Below are positions 24,751-36,364 of a DNA stretch of 64,000 bases, piece by piece (position 1 is the stretch's first letter; each line of letters starts with the position of its first letter). The notes beneath the pieces were generated by a model, which searched no databases, had not been told where the DNA came from, and saw only the letters and a list, made by a program, of their open reading frames with translations. Source of the DNA: Camelus ferus (lineage: Eukaryota). Made by a program: the position numbers and the translations under genes. The stretch is taken from contig NC_045697.1 of assembly GCF_009834535.1 (NCBI RefSeq), positions 47,308,001 through 47,372,000 on the forward strand, written 5' to 3'.

Positions 24751-25814
24751 GTTGCTCTGTATCCTGAAGGAAAATTTTTTACAAAACGATGATGACGTTT
24801 TAGTAAAGCGTATTTGTCACCCTGTCTAGGGAGAGAAAGATTCCTGTGGGAATCATTTGGAGGGAGGTAAAAACAGCCAACAGAGGGGAGTGGATTGGCA
24901 CTCACCAAATAGTATTCACGAGGAAGCCAGCCCAAGGGGACCACGTGGGCAGCAGGCTCTGTGGCTCCCAATCAAGGCTGTGTTCTCAGCTGATGACATT
25001 CATTCCACATGCCAGGCCCGCTGTCTACCATCCAAGTAATCTGGGCAACTTATTGTTTTCGCTCAAGTTGTGCTTCATTGAAATTCCTCTTGGAGTGTCC
25101 CTTTTGGTCACAAGTTCTCTTTCTTGTCTGGGAGCCAAGATCGCGAAGCTTACTGAGCACAGCCAGGCTTTTTGAATTTGTGCTGCTGACTTCACCTCCA
25201 GTTGAGGGATCAAAACGGATGACCCTGCCCCAGCTCCTGATCAGCTTTCCCTGGCTTCTGCAAGGTTGAGAGCAAGTGATTGTTCATCTTTTGACTTCCA
25301 GCAGGTTGCTTTTAGCAAGGTTTCAGTTTGTTTTTTAAGCTATTATGTTCAAGGGAGGGCAGAGCCAAAGGCTCTGATGATTTCATTTTGAGACAAAATT
25401 CATTCTCTATGAGTTTTTCTTTGAGGTTATCATCACAGAGGCCAGAAATAGTGTGGAACAGCCCCCAAAGGAATTAATCTTAGTTTCTTCAGGCATGACT
25501 GATTCTGATTGTATCTTCCTATTGATTCTGTCCTATTAATAAAAAATTCTTGCTAAAGTAGGTGACCAGCCATTCCTTCTTCCTTAGCCAGACTCCTCTA
25601 ATTGCTACTCACTGTAAGTGTTCCCATTTTCCACTTCTTCCTTCCTTTACGACACAGGATTTTTCCCTCTGCCTATCAAAGGCAAATTCTTCCACATAAA
25701 TTCTGGATCCCATTCCATCCTACTTTCTCAAGGAATGTGTTCAGTTGGTTATTATCTGCAGCAGAAATAATTATCCTCCTAAATTCAGGCTTCTACCTTC
25801 TAATCTATAGAGTC

Positions 25815-26165
25815 GCTGCTAGAAAGTGGCTGTCTAGCCTGAGACTATGTTCCTCAACCTCCCTTGCTTCCAAGTGAGGCCATGTGACTATTTCTTGTCA
25901 ATATCATGTGATGGTAAGTGACAAGGGTTACTTCTTGACCAGGAAGCTTGAAAAGCAAGAAGATTTCTCCCTTCTGCTCCCTCGATGCAGAGAAGCATAG
26001 CAAAGCTGAAACTCATACATTAAAGATAAGGCATCCACAAGATGAATGGAGGCTGGGTCTCTGAACCATGGGTTGGAGAGACCCACTCGCCACTAAGAAC
26101 TTCTGTTTTAAAATTTTACATTTGCCAAGTCGTTTTGTTATAGCAGTTATTGTTACCCTAACACA
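25815..26165 (+). mobile_element. MLT1-type LTR nested in L2
   Basis: CAACCTCCCTTGC...GGCCATGTGACT; ends TTGTTATAGCAG...CCTAACACA. Confidence 0.6.
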
Positions 26166-27080
26166 TTACTTTTCTTTCCTTTACATCTTCCACTTTTCTC
26201 TCTACTAGAATCAGTCTGCATTCAGACATGACCAAGCATCTTCCATCTTTAAACAAAACAAGACCAAAAAGTGACCTTCTTCTGACTCCACAGTCCTGCC
26301 CAGTTTTCTCTTTACCTCCTTTCATAGACAATCTTATTAGGAAGTTGTCTATGTGCAGTCTTAATTGCTTGCTTTCCATTCACCCTTCAGCCCAATCCAC
26401 ATGGTTTCTTTGCCACCATTCCATTATAACTGCTTTTGCTGAAGTCTTCAATAAGCACTGTGCTTCCAAATCCAGCAGATACTTTCTGGTCCTCAGTGTA
26501 ACTCCCAGGATTTAACACAGTCAGCCAATGTTTTCTTCATGACATGTTTTCTTCTCCTGGTTCCATTAAACAATCTCTATGTGAATGACACATAGACATT
26601 TTGAATTTATCATATCCCAAACTGATCTCCAACTCCTATCCTCCATTTCCTCATCTCAACAAATGGTACTTCCATTCAAGCTAGTGGCTCATGCCATAAA
26701 TTTGATGTAATTTTTGACATGTCCTTCTTCTTCCCAATCCTACAGCCAATCAATCATCATGTCCTGCCAATTTTACCTCGTAATTTTTCTCAAATGTAGA
26801 TACTCTCCTTCATCTCCATTCTTTCCTACAACCCCTTCTGTTCTCCACATCTATGATTAAAAATGTAAATCAGATATTGTCACTTCCCTCTGAAAATCCG
26901 TTAGATTTTCACTGTTTTAGGATAAATTCCTGAATCCCTAATTCAGCATACCAACTCTTATATGATCTTGCCTCTGCCCATGTCTTTAGTGTTATCTAGC
27001 CCTCACTTCCTTTTGCTCGTTACATTCCAGCTTTTCTTTCAAATCTTTGAAATAACAAGTTCTTTCCTACCTCAGAACTT
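26166..27080 (+). mobile_element. L2 LINE (continues at ~28260-28570 after LTR insertions)
   Basis: Pyrimidine-rich L2 ORF2/3' motifs (CCAATCAATCATCATGTCCTG, TATGATCTTGCCTCTGCC). Confidence 0.65.
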
Positions 27081-27327
27081 CTCTAATCACAAGCACAAAA
27101 ACCAACTCAGACAAACTTAACCAAAAAAGGAACATAGTAGCTCATGTAAATAATGAACCTAACATGTGGCAGGCTTCAGACATGGCTAATTCCAGAAACT
27201 CAAATTGTGACCATATTGCTCTGTTGCTTCATCTTTTAATTCTGCTAAACTTTGATATGGTTCCTTTGATTTGACACAAACTGTCATCACAGAAGCAAGA
27301 TATCCACTGTCTAGAGATGTCAATTTA

Positions 27328-27966
27328 TGTAATGAAGAATTAGTCTTACCCAAAGACAGCTCTGGCCTTTATCCTTGTCTTCTGGGAGATAATCTTCAGG
27401 CACTTGGAACATCCTACTTGATAAAATTGTCTGTGTTTGCCTGGAGTCTGTAGACCAGACAACAGAATAGTAACAGCAAGGCCTTTGATCCACAACAACA
27501 ATATGTGTTAAGGTGGGAAGTTTGAGTTTTGGTCTCAGTAACCTCTGGAGGGGCTGGAGACTGAGACTACCCATGTGGGCAATCAGTCCCTTAGGTCATA
27601 AAAATCTAGGCACTGATGGTGAAACGATTTTCCTGATTGGTGACGTTCTGTGCATATTGTCACATATGGATGTCAAGAGAGTAATGCTTTCCTGACTCCA
27701 CAGGGAGAGGACAACTCAAAGTCAAGTTTGGTACCCTCCTGGCCTATGGGTCTTTGCCTTTGGCTGACTTTAATCGGTATCTTTTCCCTGTAACAAACTG
27801 TAACCATGAGTACAGCAGCTTTCAGTGAGCTTGTGAGCCCTTTCAGTTAATTATTAAAACCGGTGGTAGTCATGGGGAAATATCAAACACGCAGGTGGTG
27901 TCAGAAGTGAGGATGCTCTTGTGTGAACTGTGCGCCCTCAAAGCACGCAGTTGGCTAACTCGTACA
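27328..27966 (+). mobile_element. ERVL LTR of the MER21/MER77 group
   Basis: TGTAATGAAGAATTAG...CCCAAAG start; AAACTGTAACCATGAGTA, GGTGTCAGAAGTGAGG motifs; ends CA. Confidence 0.7.
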
Positions 27967-29654
27967 CTGTTATGCATTCTTACTTAGTAATTACAGCCAA
28001 ATGATTCTGCTTATCCTGATATTCTAGAAGAAAGATTCCAGAGGACACTTTGGCTGGGTAGCTTTAAATAGGTTCCCATCCCTGAACCAGTCACCGTAGC
28101 CTGGGGGAAAGAATGGGTGAGTCTTAGTCAGATATCTGCCTAAGATACAGGAAGTGGGTTTCTCACAGGAAAGAAGGTTTAGGTTACCAAAAGGAAAAAA
28201 AGGAATAGGATAGGGGTGCTGGGTGGACAAAAATAGCAAACACTCAGTATGGTTCATTTACACCAGCCTGTTCCTCTGTCAGGAACACTCCTGATTCTTA
28301 CTCACCACCTCCGCCATCAGCACAATTGAGTTTCAGATTAAATGTCACTTCACCAGAAAGGCTTCCTTCAATCAAAATACAAGTCCCCATTCCAGTGTCT
28401 TATCGCTCTTGTCTGTTTGTGATTATATAGTCACTGGCATGATTATTGGTTTAATATCTTAGTGCCACCTTGACTCTAAGCACTATGAATTCAGGACCAT
28501 ATTTATACTGTTTATCATGCAATAGGTACTTAGAAAGATCTGTGGAAGGAATGAACGGATAAGAATGAAAGAAAACCTGTCCATGGATTGCCTTCATCTC
28601 AGATCTTATGCAAACTTTTCAAATGTTCTCTCTTAGTAAGAGATCAGTAAATAAATATCTGATTAAACTTTGGACTCAGTTGTTGGAAACAACCAAAGAA
28701 ACTTGCCTCAATCTTGCAGTCAGGAAGTCAAGAACTGCATAACTCTTAGAAGTGAAACAAAATATGTAATATTTGTATGGAAACAAGTCTCATGATGAAC
28801 TGATAAAACTATGTTCCTCATCTTGCATCATGATTTTATCTGATTTCAGCCACACAGTAACCCAGTGAGCTAAGTAACACAGGCAGATGTTTCTTTCGTC
28901 TGCTTAACAAATGGGGGTGGAAAAAGGCTGGAGAACCAGTAAGGTGAATTACTCAGGATCACATGGAAAGATTCATGGTCAAAACAAGACTCAAGATTAT
29001 TACTCAGCGATCCTGAAATCTAGTTCTGTACTCTTTCTACCAAATCAGTGTTGCTCATCCTCTCAGATTTACAGTCAACACACACTGCACACTATCTCCT
29101 TCAGTTGTGGGATGTGTCAGAAGTCACACAGTATTTTTTTTTTAAAGTCACACAGTATTAATGTAGTAAATTTGAATAAGCATAAACTTGAGATTTTCCA
29201 TACTTATGGACATTTCTGATTATTTGAGCTTTTAGCATTCTTTATAACACTCCCTGATTTTCATCAGGGACTTACTCCTTCCCCATTCTCAGTTTCAAAG
29301 GTTCTGGTGATTTTTCCATCCTCAACCCAGAGGTACACTGGCCAGTGAGAGCCTAGCATTCTCTAGGCTGTAGACTTAATTAAGGGATAACACATGGTCC
29401 ATAAAGTCCATGCTAGTAAAATTGGGTAAGGGGGAGTAGACTGATTCCTTCTAACTGTAACATCTGTTGGATTAGGGTAGGACCAGAACCTGAGACTCAC
29501 TGTCACCATTGGCCAGAAACACAGGCTGTCCTGGGGGAGCAAAGCAGCATTTCTTTCATTTTCAGAAAAGTTTAACTTATTTTACATCAGGGCCCTCTGT
29601 CCTTCCTTTCCTCTAGTGTGAGGCCCTGCTGTACTCCTGCTAACTAACCTAAGT

Positions 29655-30420
29655 GTGATGGATGTGACGAGAAGGCTCTCAGCACCCACTCATGTGTGTC
29701 TTCTGGTACTGCAGAGACTGGAAATCTAAAAACTGTATGTTCCAGATTCCTCTGGAGCTAGAACTTTGGGGGAAAAAAAATCACTTCCCCTGAGTGGATG
29801 GATTTGCATCAGTTAAGAAGGAGAAAATGAGGGTTTCTTCTTTTTTCACTGTCTCTTTTGTCCAACGTGCTTTTCTTACAGTGCATGACAGGGTTTGTCA
29901 CTAGTTTCAGAGGTGTCAGAAGCCAGCTACAAAGGTAGCAGCAGCAATGGCTTTCAGGGCCACATTGTGCCTTTCCATGGCCCTAAGTACTCTTGCCTAA
30001 TTTATAGCCCTGTCCTCCATTAAAAAAAATACTGTATGACTGCATTGGGACAAAGATTAATATATGATTACCACATATTTAGATATTTAATTCAGCCTAC
30101 AACTTCATTTTTTTCTCCCGATTTTAAAAGAAATTAAAATAGCTTTATGGGCGTCTAAATATATTGCAGGCACTAGTCATTGCTCCTACTGTACCTAACA
30201 GAAAAGTCAGCCCCCATGGTGTTTGGTTCCCTGGAATTCAGCTAAAGCCGATTCCCTGGAAGCAGTTCCGTGGAAGGCCATTTGCTGTGTTGTTCTAGGA
30301 ATCATTTCCTGAAACTCGGCTTTTCCTAAGGTTTTGTAAGCACCGAATTCCCTATGTTAAATCCAAACTCTATTAAAATAACCAGAGTGGTCCATTTTCT
30401 GCAATTACACCTAATTGATG
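29655..30420 (+). mobile_element. Old ERVL-type LTR (LTR40-like), probably interrupted by a hAT-like insert at ~29956-30215
   Basis: GAGACTGGAAATCTAAAACT...CCAGATTCC motif; family assignment weak. Confidence 0.35.
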
Positions 30421-30596
30421 GGAACTTACGCCATTATTCTCATGAATCCCTCAAGTCTGTTCTTTATCCTCAATTTCCCTGCTCAGTCAGTCTTGCCCCC
30501 CTCACCCCATCTCTGTTCTCCTTCACCCCATTGCCATTTTGCCTTTCAGTATATTCGCTGGAATCCCCATGCCATGGTGGGGAAAGCTAGAGTGTC

Positions 30597-31096
30597 TGTA
30601 TTAGTCAGAGAAACAGAACCAGTTGGGTGCATGTGTGTGTCTAGACATAAAGATATAGATATAGTGTGTGTACGTCTATCTCCATATCCACATCCCTGTC
30701 ATTTGTCTATCATCTATCTATTGAGAGATACAGAAAGAGATTAATCTAAGGAATTGGCTCACACCATTGGGGTGGCAGGCAAGTCCAAAAACTGCAGGGT
30801 TTGGTCAGCAAGCTGGAGACCCAGGGGAGAGCTGACGGTGCAGTTCAAGTCCAAAGATTGCCTGCTGGCAGAGTTTCCCCTTCTTCCGGGGAGGAAAGCC
30901 TTTTCCTGTGAAGGCTGTCAGCTGATTGGATGAGGCCCACCCATATTATGGAGGGTGATTTGCTTTCCTTGAAGTTTGCTGATTTAAATGTTACGTGCAT
31001 CTAAAAAATACTTTCACAGAAGCATGTAGAATAATGTTTGATCAAATACCCAAGTGCTGTGGCCTAGCCAGTTGACCAATTAAATTAACCATTACA
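30597..31096 (-). mobile_element. MLT2-type ERVL LTR
   Basis: TGTATTAGTCAG.GAAACAGAACCA start; AAGGAATTGGCTCAC, GATTGGATGAGGCCCACCCA; ends AATTAACCATTACA. Confidence 0.88.
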
Positions 31097-32087
31097 TTTT
31101 CATGAATATACATCTATTTCCGACCACTTTCTTTCGTCTCCTTGCCTGAAGCATGCTCTCCTATGACATGGCTCTTCTCCCAGTAGTTCTTAGCGTGGGG
31201 GTGTTATTGTCTCCCACTCCCCGGAGCCAGAGGGCGAGGTGGAGCGCCAGCTCTTCCCTCTCTGCAGTGTGCCTGCTCCCCTTCTCACTCCCCTCACCCA
31301 CTCTCATCTGGTCAGGTGCAGCCCACATGTCTCAGTGCGAGACTGACAGGATCTGTTCTCACTTCCTGAGACTCTCTCAGCTGACTCCTTTCACTTCCCT
31401 TCTGCCCTGTCCCTTGCCCTCATCTTTAACGACTTCAAATCCGTGTTAACCTTCCTGATCCCCTGACCCCACGCATGTTGCCTGGGCTAGTGACCTCTGT
31501 CTCTGGTCCACCTCAGGCTGCAAAGTCACACTCAGCCTGCACAGGTCTGTTCTGAGCTTGGCTTCCCCACCTGCAGTCACACAGACTGTCCTTCCCTCCA
31601 CCCCACGCAGCAGGTCCACCCTGCTTCCCCGGCATCTCTCCCGCTTCACACAACCTATGCTCCTTCATTTGCTAATTCTGTTTGCCTGCACTGCTTCCTG
31701 CTTTGCCCCCACACCCCAGACCTGACATTCAAAGAACCCGTGAAGTGCATGTAAAGCAGTGGTAGGTGGTGGTGGTAACTTGCTAGGTAATCGTTAGATG
31801 TGCGCTCTTCCTCCTTTTCCAAGTTACCCTGTGTTTTTGGAGGAAAATGAGAAACTCTGAAGATATGGCTCATTTCTTACTCAGGGCTCTAGAACTTGAG
31901 CTGCACCATGACTCCTACCTCGCCATCTCTGCTGAAGTCTCCTGGTAACTCCCCAGCACACCGACTTGGAGAACTGACCATTCTAGATTATTTCTACCCC
32001 CATAAGCCTCCATTTTCTTCCCTCAATTCCTCTACCCAGCAACCTTACAACTTTGCACACAGAGTGATGCCTCCTGCTTAAAATAAT

Positions 32088-32480
32088 CTATTTTAGGATA
32101 ACTTCCCCCAGAAAGAGACCCTGAGACAAGGATCCATGGATCCCAGCAGACACTGGTAGGTGAGAGCGGTTGTGAAATAGAAAAGGGAAGGGAGCACATA
32201 CTGGTGTGCTATGAGCAGGTTATTACCGTGGACAACTGGGGCTGGTCCTCCCTTGGGGAGGGGGTCTCTGGCAGGCAGTGTAGACCATACCTCAGAGCTG
32301 TCCCAGCTCAGAGAGGAGAGCACTTGGTATTATCTACTGCCTGCCACCTGTCATTAGCTGAGGGCCATGCCAGGGGCGCTAGCCTCCTGCTGCTGCCATT
32401 CCGCCCTTGCCCTGGGCCAAGGCAAGCTCTGACAGCTAGACACAGGCACTGCCGTGAGGAGCAGTCAGCGTGTATGGAAT
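32088..32480 (-). mobile_element. LTR16-like ERVL LTR
   Basis: TTCCCCCAGAA..AGACCCTGAGACAAGGAT and GGACAACTGGGGCT motifs. Confidence 0.65.
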
Positions 32481-33494
32481 GCTGAGGGTCGGGGGGGCTT
32501 AGCTGGGGCAGCAATGACATCTCCGCTTCCTCTCCATCTAGCCTTACTGCAACATGGACCTGTACCGGCATCTGCTTTCCCAGCCCTTCATTCAACGTGC
32601 AGGCTACTCTCAGATACATCACTTTATTTAATCCTCTTGATCAGGGACGTTGGCACTGTCCCACTTTTACCTACATAAGAAGAAGCTAAGAAAGGTCAAA
32701 ATTAAGCAACTTCACAAAAACTACCCTGGTAAGTTTTTCTGGTAAAGCAGAAATCCAGGGTCAGAATCTTGGGGGAACACCCATCATTATGAGTAATATC
32801 TTGGAGCAAGAAGAGGTGGGTTCAAAGTAGAGACAGAGGAGTTATTTTGGATTCTCGGGGGAAATTCTCCATCTAAGACCAGTTTCTACCATTCTTCCCT
32901 ACCTTCATTTCTGTTGACACATCTTTCTAAAGCTTACTGGGCCAGAATTTATTGTCTTTATCCATGGGCCCTAACACAATTTCTAAGAACAAAGATCAGA
33001 CACAATGTAAGTTTCAGAGTAAGTGATGCCTGGTAATAGTGTAATGTAATATAATGTAATGTAATAAGTGCTCAATTTTATGCAACAATTATGTGTCCGT
33101 CACCTAATACGTACCAGGCATTAGGCTAGGCACTAAGAATACAATGATGGACCACAAATATCCACTGACAAAAGGTGAAAATCAATGAAAGACATGGTCT
33201 ATTGTTGAATATGGAATATACCACATTTTCAAACTGATTCTGTGGAACCATCAGCTAATGATGGCCATTTAACTTTTGCAACTAAGATGAATCTAGTACT
33301 CAGTATTTTTTCTCAGTCTGGATCTATCTGAGTTTTTTTTTTTTTTTAACATTTAATAATAATAGATAATGTTGACATGAAAAGAGCACGCTCTTCATAG
33401 GACTGCTGTGAAGATTAAATGCAATAATAAGTGCCAAATCCCAAGCATTTTATATAATTTATCACACTTGCTTGTATCCATAGACTGTAAATTC

Positions 33495-33670
33495 CACAAA
33501 ATGATCACCGCGATAAATTTAGTTAACATCCATCACACACACAGTCAAAAATTTTTTCTTGTGATGAGAACTTTTAAGATTTTCTCTCTTAGCAACTTTC
33601 AAATAAGCAATACAGTATTGTTCACTGTAATCACAATGGTGTACATTACATTCCCAGAACTTACTTATAA
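33495..33670 (-). mobile_element. L1MA-type 3'UTR fragment
   Basis: GTGATGAGAACTTTTAAGAT...TCTCTTAGCAACTTTCAAATA; homologous to the 35926-36364 copy. Confidence 0.7.
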
Positions 33671-33850
33671 GACACTGGTTTATTTTAATTTACCTACATA
33701 TATATATCCAGCTTTTATGCCACTTAGCACACAGTAGGCTTTCAATTAATATTGATGGGCTCAATGATTAATATAGATATTATTAGTTTAATTTGATTTG
33801 ATTTGATTTTTAATTAAAGACAACTTTATTTTTCCAATACCAAATGTACT

Positions 33851-34066
33851 TTTTATTTATTTTTTAATTGAAGTATAGTCAGTTACAATGTGTCAATTTC
33901 TGGTGTACAGCATAATGTTTCAGTCAGACATATACATCCATATGTTTTCATATTCTTTTTCATTATAGGTTACTATAAGATATTGAATATAGTTCCCTGT
34001 GCTATACAGAAGAAATTTGTTTTTTATCTACTTTGTATGTAGTTGTTAGTATTTGCAAACCTTGAA
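33851..34066 (-). mobile_element. 5'-truncated L1 3' end
   Basis: Same 3'UTR family as the 11603 and 19781 copies (ATTGAAGTATAGTC...GAATATAGTTCCCTGTGC). Confidence 0.83.
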
Positions 34067-34279
34067 CTAAAGATGAAACAAGAACTCAGAGAAATGGAAT
34101 GATTTTCCCAATTTCTCAGAGTAGTTGGTAGAAGTTAGGACAAAGACACAGTTTGCCTTCACTGCTTCCTGCTTTGCTCTCATACCCCAGACCTGACATT
34201 CCACTGTGCCTAAGAGCCTCTATAAAGCAGGCAGCATAGTGCTGAGCACAGAGTAGACCATCAAGACATGCTGTTCTTT

Positions 34280-34940
34280 CACCACTGCCTTATTAGAGAT
34301 GTCTCGGGAGCAAAGGGGGGCTCTGCTGCTTCTCCCCAGAGCTCTGCATGGCCTTCCTCCTCATCACTCGGTTTCCTCTCTTGACTCGTATTCCCCTCCC
34401 AGAAGCTCCAGAAACGGCGGATTCCCCTGCGGCTCAGGCCTGGGCCCTGCCAGTCCTCTGGATGTTTGCCTGCGTGTCTGCTATCACTGCAACTCAAAAT
34501 GCACCCGCAGCAGCATGACCTTTTGAAGCTGCAGGCCCCGTTGCTGACTGGTTTCAGTACCGCTGCTCTGCGCAGCGTGGGGAAGCAGAGACGAAAAATA
34601 GCACACTTCCCCCACGAATCAAGGAAGTTATGTAGTAATGCTGGAAAGTTTGTTCAGTGTTCCAACTCTGCCCTTTCACCTGCCCTGCCTTGCACATCCT
34701 CGATTTCTTAGCTACTGATAGCCCAGCGATCAGTGAGCAGACAACATGCGGCAACCGTTCACTTCCGGTCTGAGGGCCTCCTGATCAATCAGTCTCCGAA
34801 GATTTAAAGACGCTGTCACTGCTTTCTTTGTCAGGGTGGCTTTCATCCTGTAAGACAGATGACCTGACATTACCAATCTATAACTTCCGAGGAACGAATT
34901 CGGATTTCAGTACTCGTGGCTGTTAGATGCCCGTGATATA
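34280..34940. promoter_or_regulatory. CpG-enriched promoter/enhancer-like patch
   Basis: About 25 CpGs in ~650 bp of non-repeat DNA (hand count); ETS site ACTTCCGG at 34761-34768; TGCGCA near 34570. Confidence 0.45.
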
Positions 34941-35074
34941 TCATGAAGTTGCTTGGGGCAGGAAGCTAGGGGGTTCATGTGGCATCCAAGTTTCCAGACC
35001 CTTCTCCCCTTGGAAAAAGGCCTCTAAAGGAAAGAGCTTTGCAGCCGCGTCTACTGTTGCATCAGGTCATCACG

Positions 35075-35265
35075 GTGAGAGTGTCAGGAGCATGGAATCT
35101 GCAGCTGTAGATACTCGGTTTGTATTGTGGTTCCAGAGTGATCTAGTTGTGTGATCCTGGGTGACACTCAGCCTTCTGAGCTTCAGTTTTCTAACTGACA
35201 AATGGGGATAATGTTACCTGCCTCATGGGATTTGTTGTGAGGTTAAATGAGATAACTATAAATTG
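35075..35265 (+). mobile_element. MIR
   Basis: CTGAGCTTCAGTTTTCT...AAATGGGGATAAT...GTTGTGAGGTTAAATGAGATAA. Confidence 0.78.
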
Positions 35266-35456
35266 TCCATATTCAAGTTAAGAAAACAGTCCCTGTTATT
35301 ATTGAAAGGAAAACACCTGAGAGGATCAGAGCACAGTTACCACCTACTGGGTCTTCAGGTCTGTTTTCTGAGAAAAGAATGTGAGGTCTTAAAGCCAAAG
35401 TCCAAGGGAAGCTGAATTCCCCTCTCTGCAAGGGAGTCGAGAGTATTAAACTTCAG

Positions 35457-35608
35457 TGGGGGTGGGTATAGCTCAGTGGTAGAGCGTGTGCTTAGCATGC
35501 TTGAGGTCCTGGGTTCAATCCCCAGTACCTTCATTAAAATAAATATATAAATAAATAAACCTAATTACTTCCAGCTCCCCCAAAACAAAGACAAAACAAA
35601 AAAGATTG
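35457..35608 (+). mobile_element. tRNA-derived SINE (vic-1 type)
   Basis: A box TAGCTCAGTGG and B box GGTTCAATCCC; TSD TTAAACTTCAG (35446-35456) / TTAAGCTTCAG (35609-35619). Confidence 0.87.
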
Positions 35609-35925
35609 TTAAGCTTCAGAAGTTGCCCAAGATTATTAAACAGAATATGCAGTCCTTTGTCAGTTACCCTATAATTATTAATAGTAAAACCCTTGAAACC
35701 AAAAGGATCATATGCATGTGCTAGGTATAGCAAAAGAAAATAGGTAATTGGGGAAAGGTGTAAATAATATCCAATTATTACTATATTTCAGATGTTGTGT
35801 TAGGTGCTTTTTGTCAAGGAACCTTTGTTTCCTCATTTAACTCCTCGTGTCTTCCACAACAGATCCAGTCATCCCTCCTTGGGGGCCTTCCTGGCACTAT
35901 GAGTTCCATAAATTATTCCCATCTT

Positions 35926-36364
35926 TTTAAAAAACTGAGATATAATTGACATTAACATAATTTTAGTTTTAGGTGTACAACATAATGATTTGATATATGT
36001 TTGTATTTCAAAATGATTAGCACAATAGGATTAGTTGACATCCATCACCACACATAGTAACGTATTTCCTTTTTCTTGTAATGAGAACATTTAAGATTTA
36101 CTCTCTTGGTAACTTTCAAATATACAATACAGTATTATTAACTATAGTCACTATGTTCTACATGACCTCTCCTGGACTTAACTTATCTCATAACTTCAAG
36201 TTGGTACCTTTTGACTGCCTTTACTCATTTCATCCTCTTCCCAAACACCGCCCCTGACAACCACCAGTCTGTTTTCTGTATCTATGAGTTCCATTTTTTA
36301 AAAAAGATTCTACACATAAGTGAGATCATACAGTATTTGTCTTTCTCTGTCTGACTTATTTCAC
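35926..36364 (-). mobile_element. L1MA-type 3' end
   Basis: ATAAGTGAGATCATACAGTATTTGTCTTTCTCTGTCTGACTTATTTCACT motif; TSD TATTCCCATCTT / TACTCCCGTCTT. Confidence 0.85.

Noticed and set aside
35457..35530. tRNA gene (A and B boxes, tRNA-Ala-like); likewise at 6414, 6571, 17107, 23096 and 41909
   Set aside because: Six diverged copies with shared AT-rich tails, and TSDs at four of them, identify SINEs rather than tRNA genes.
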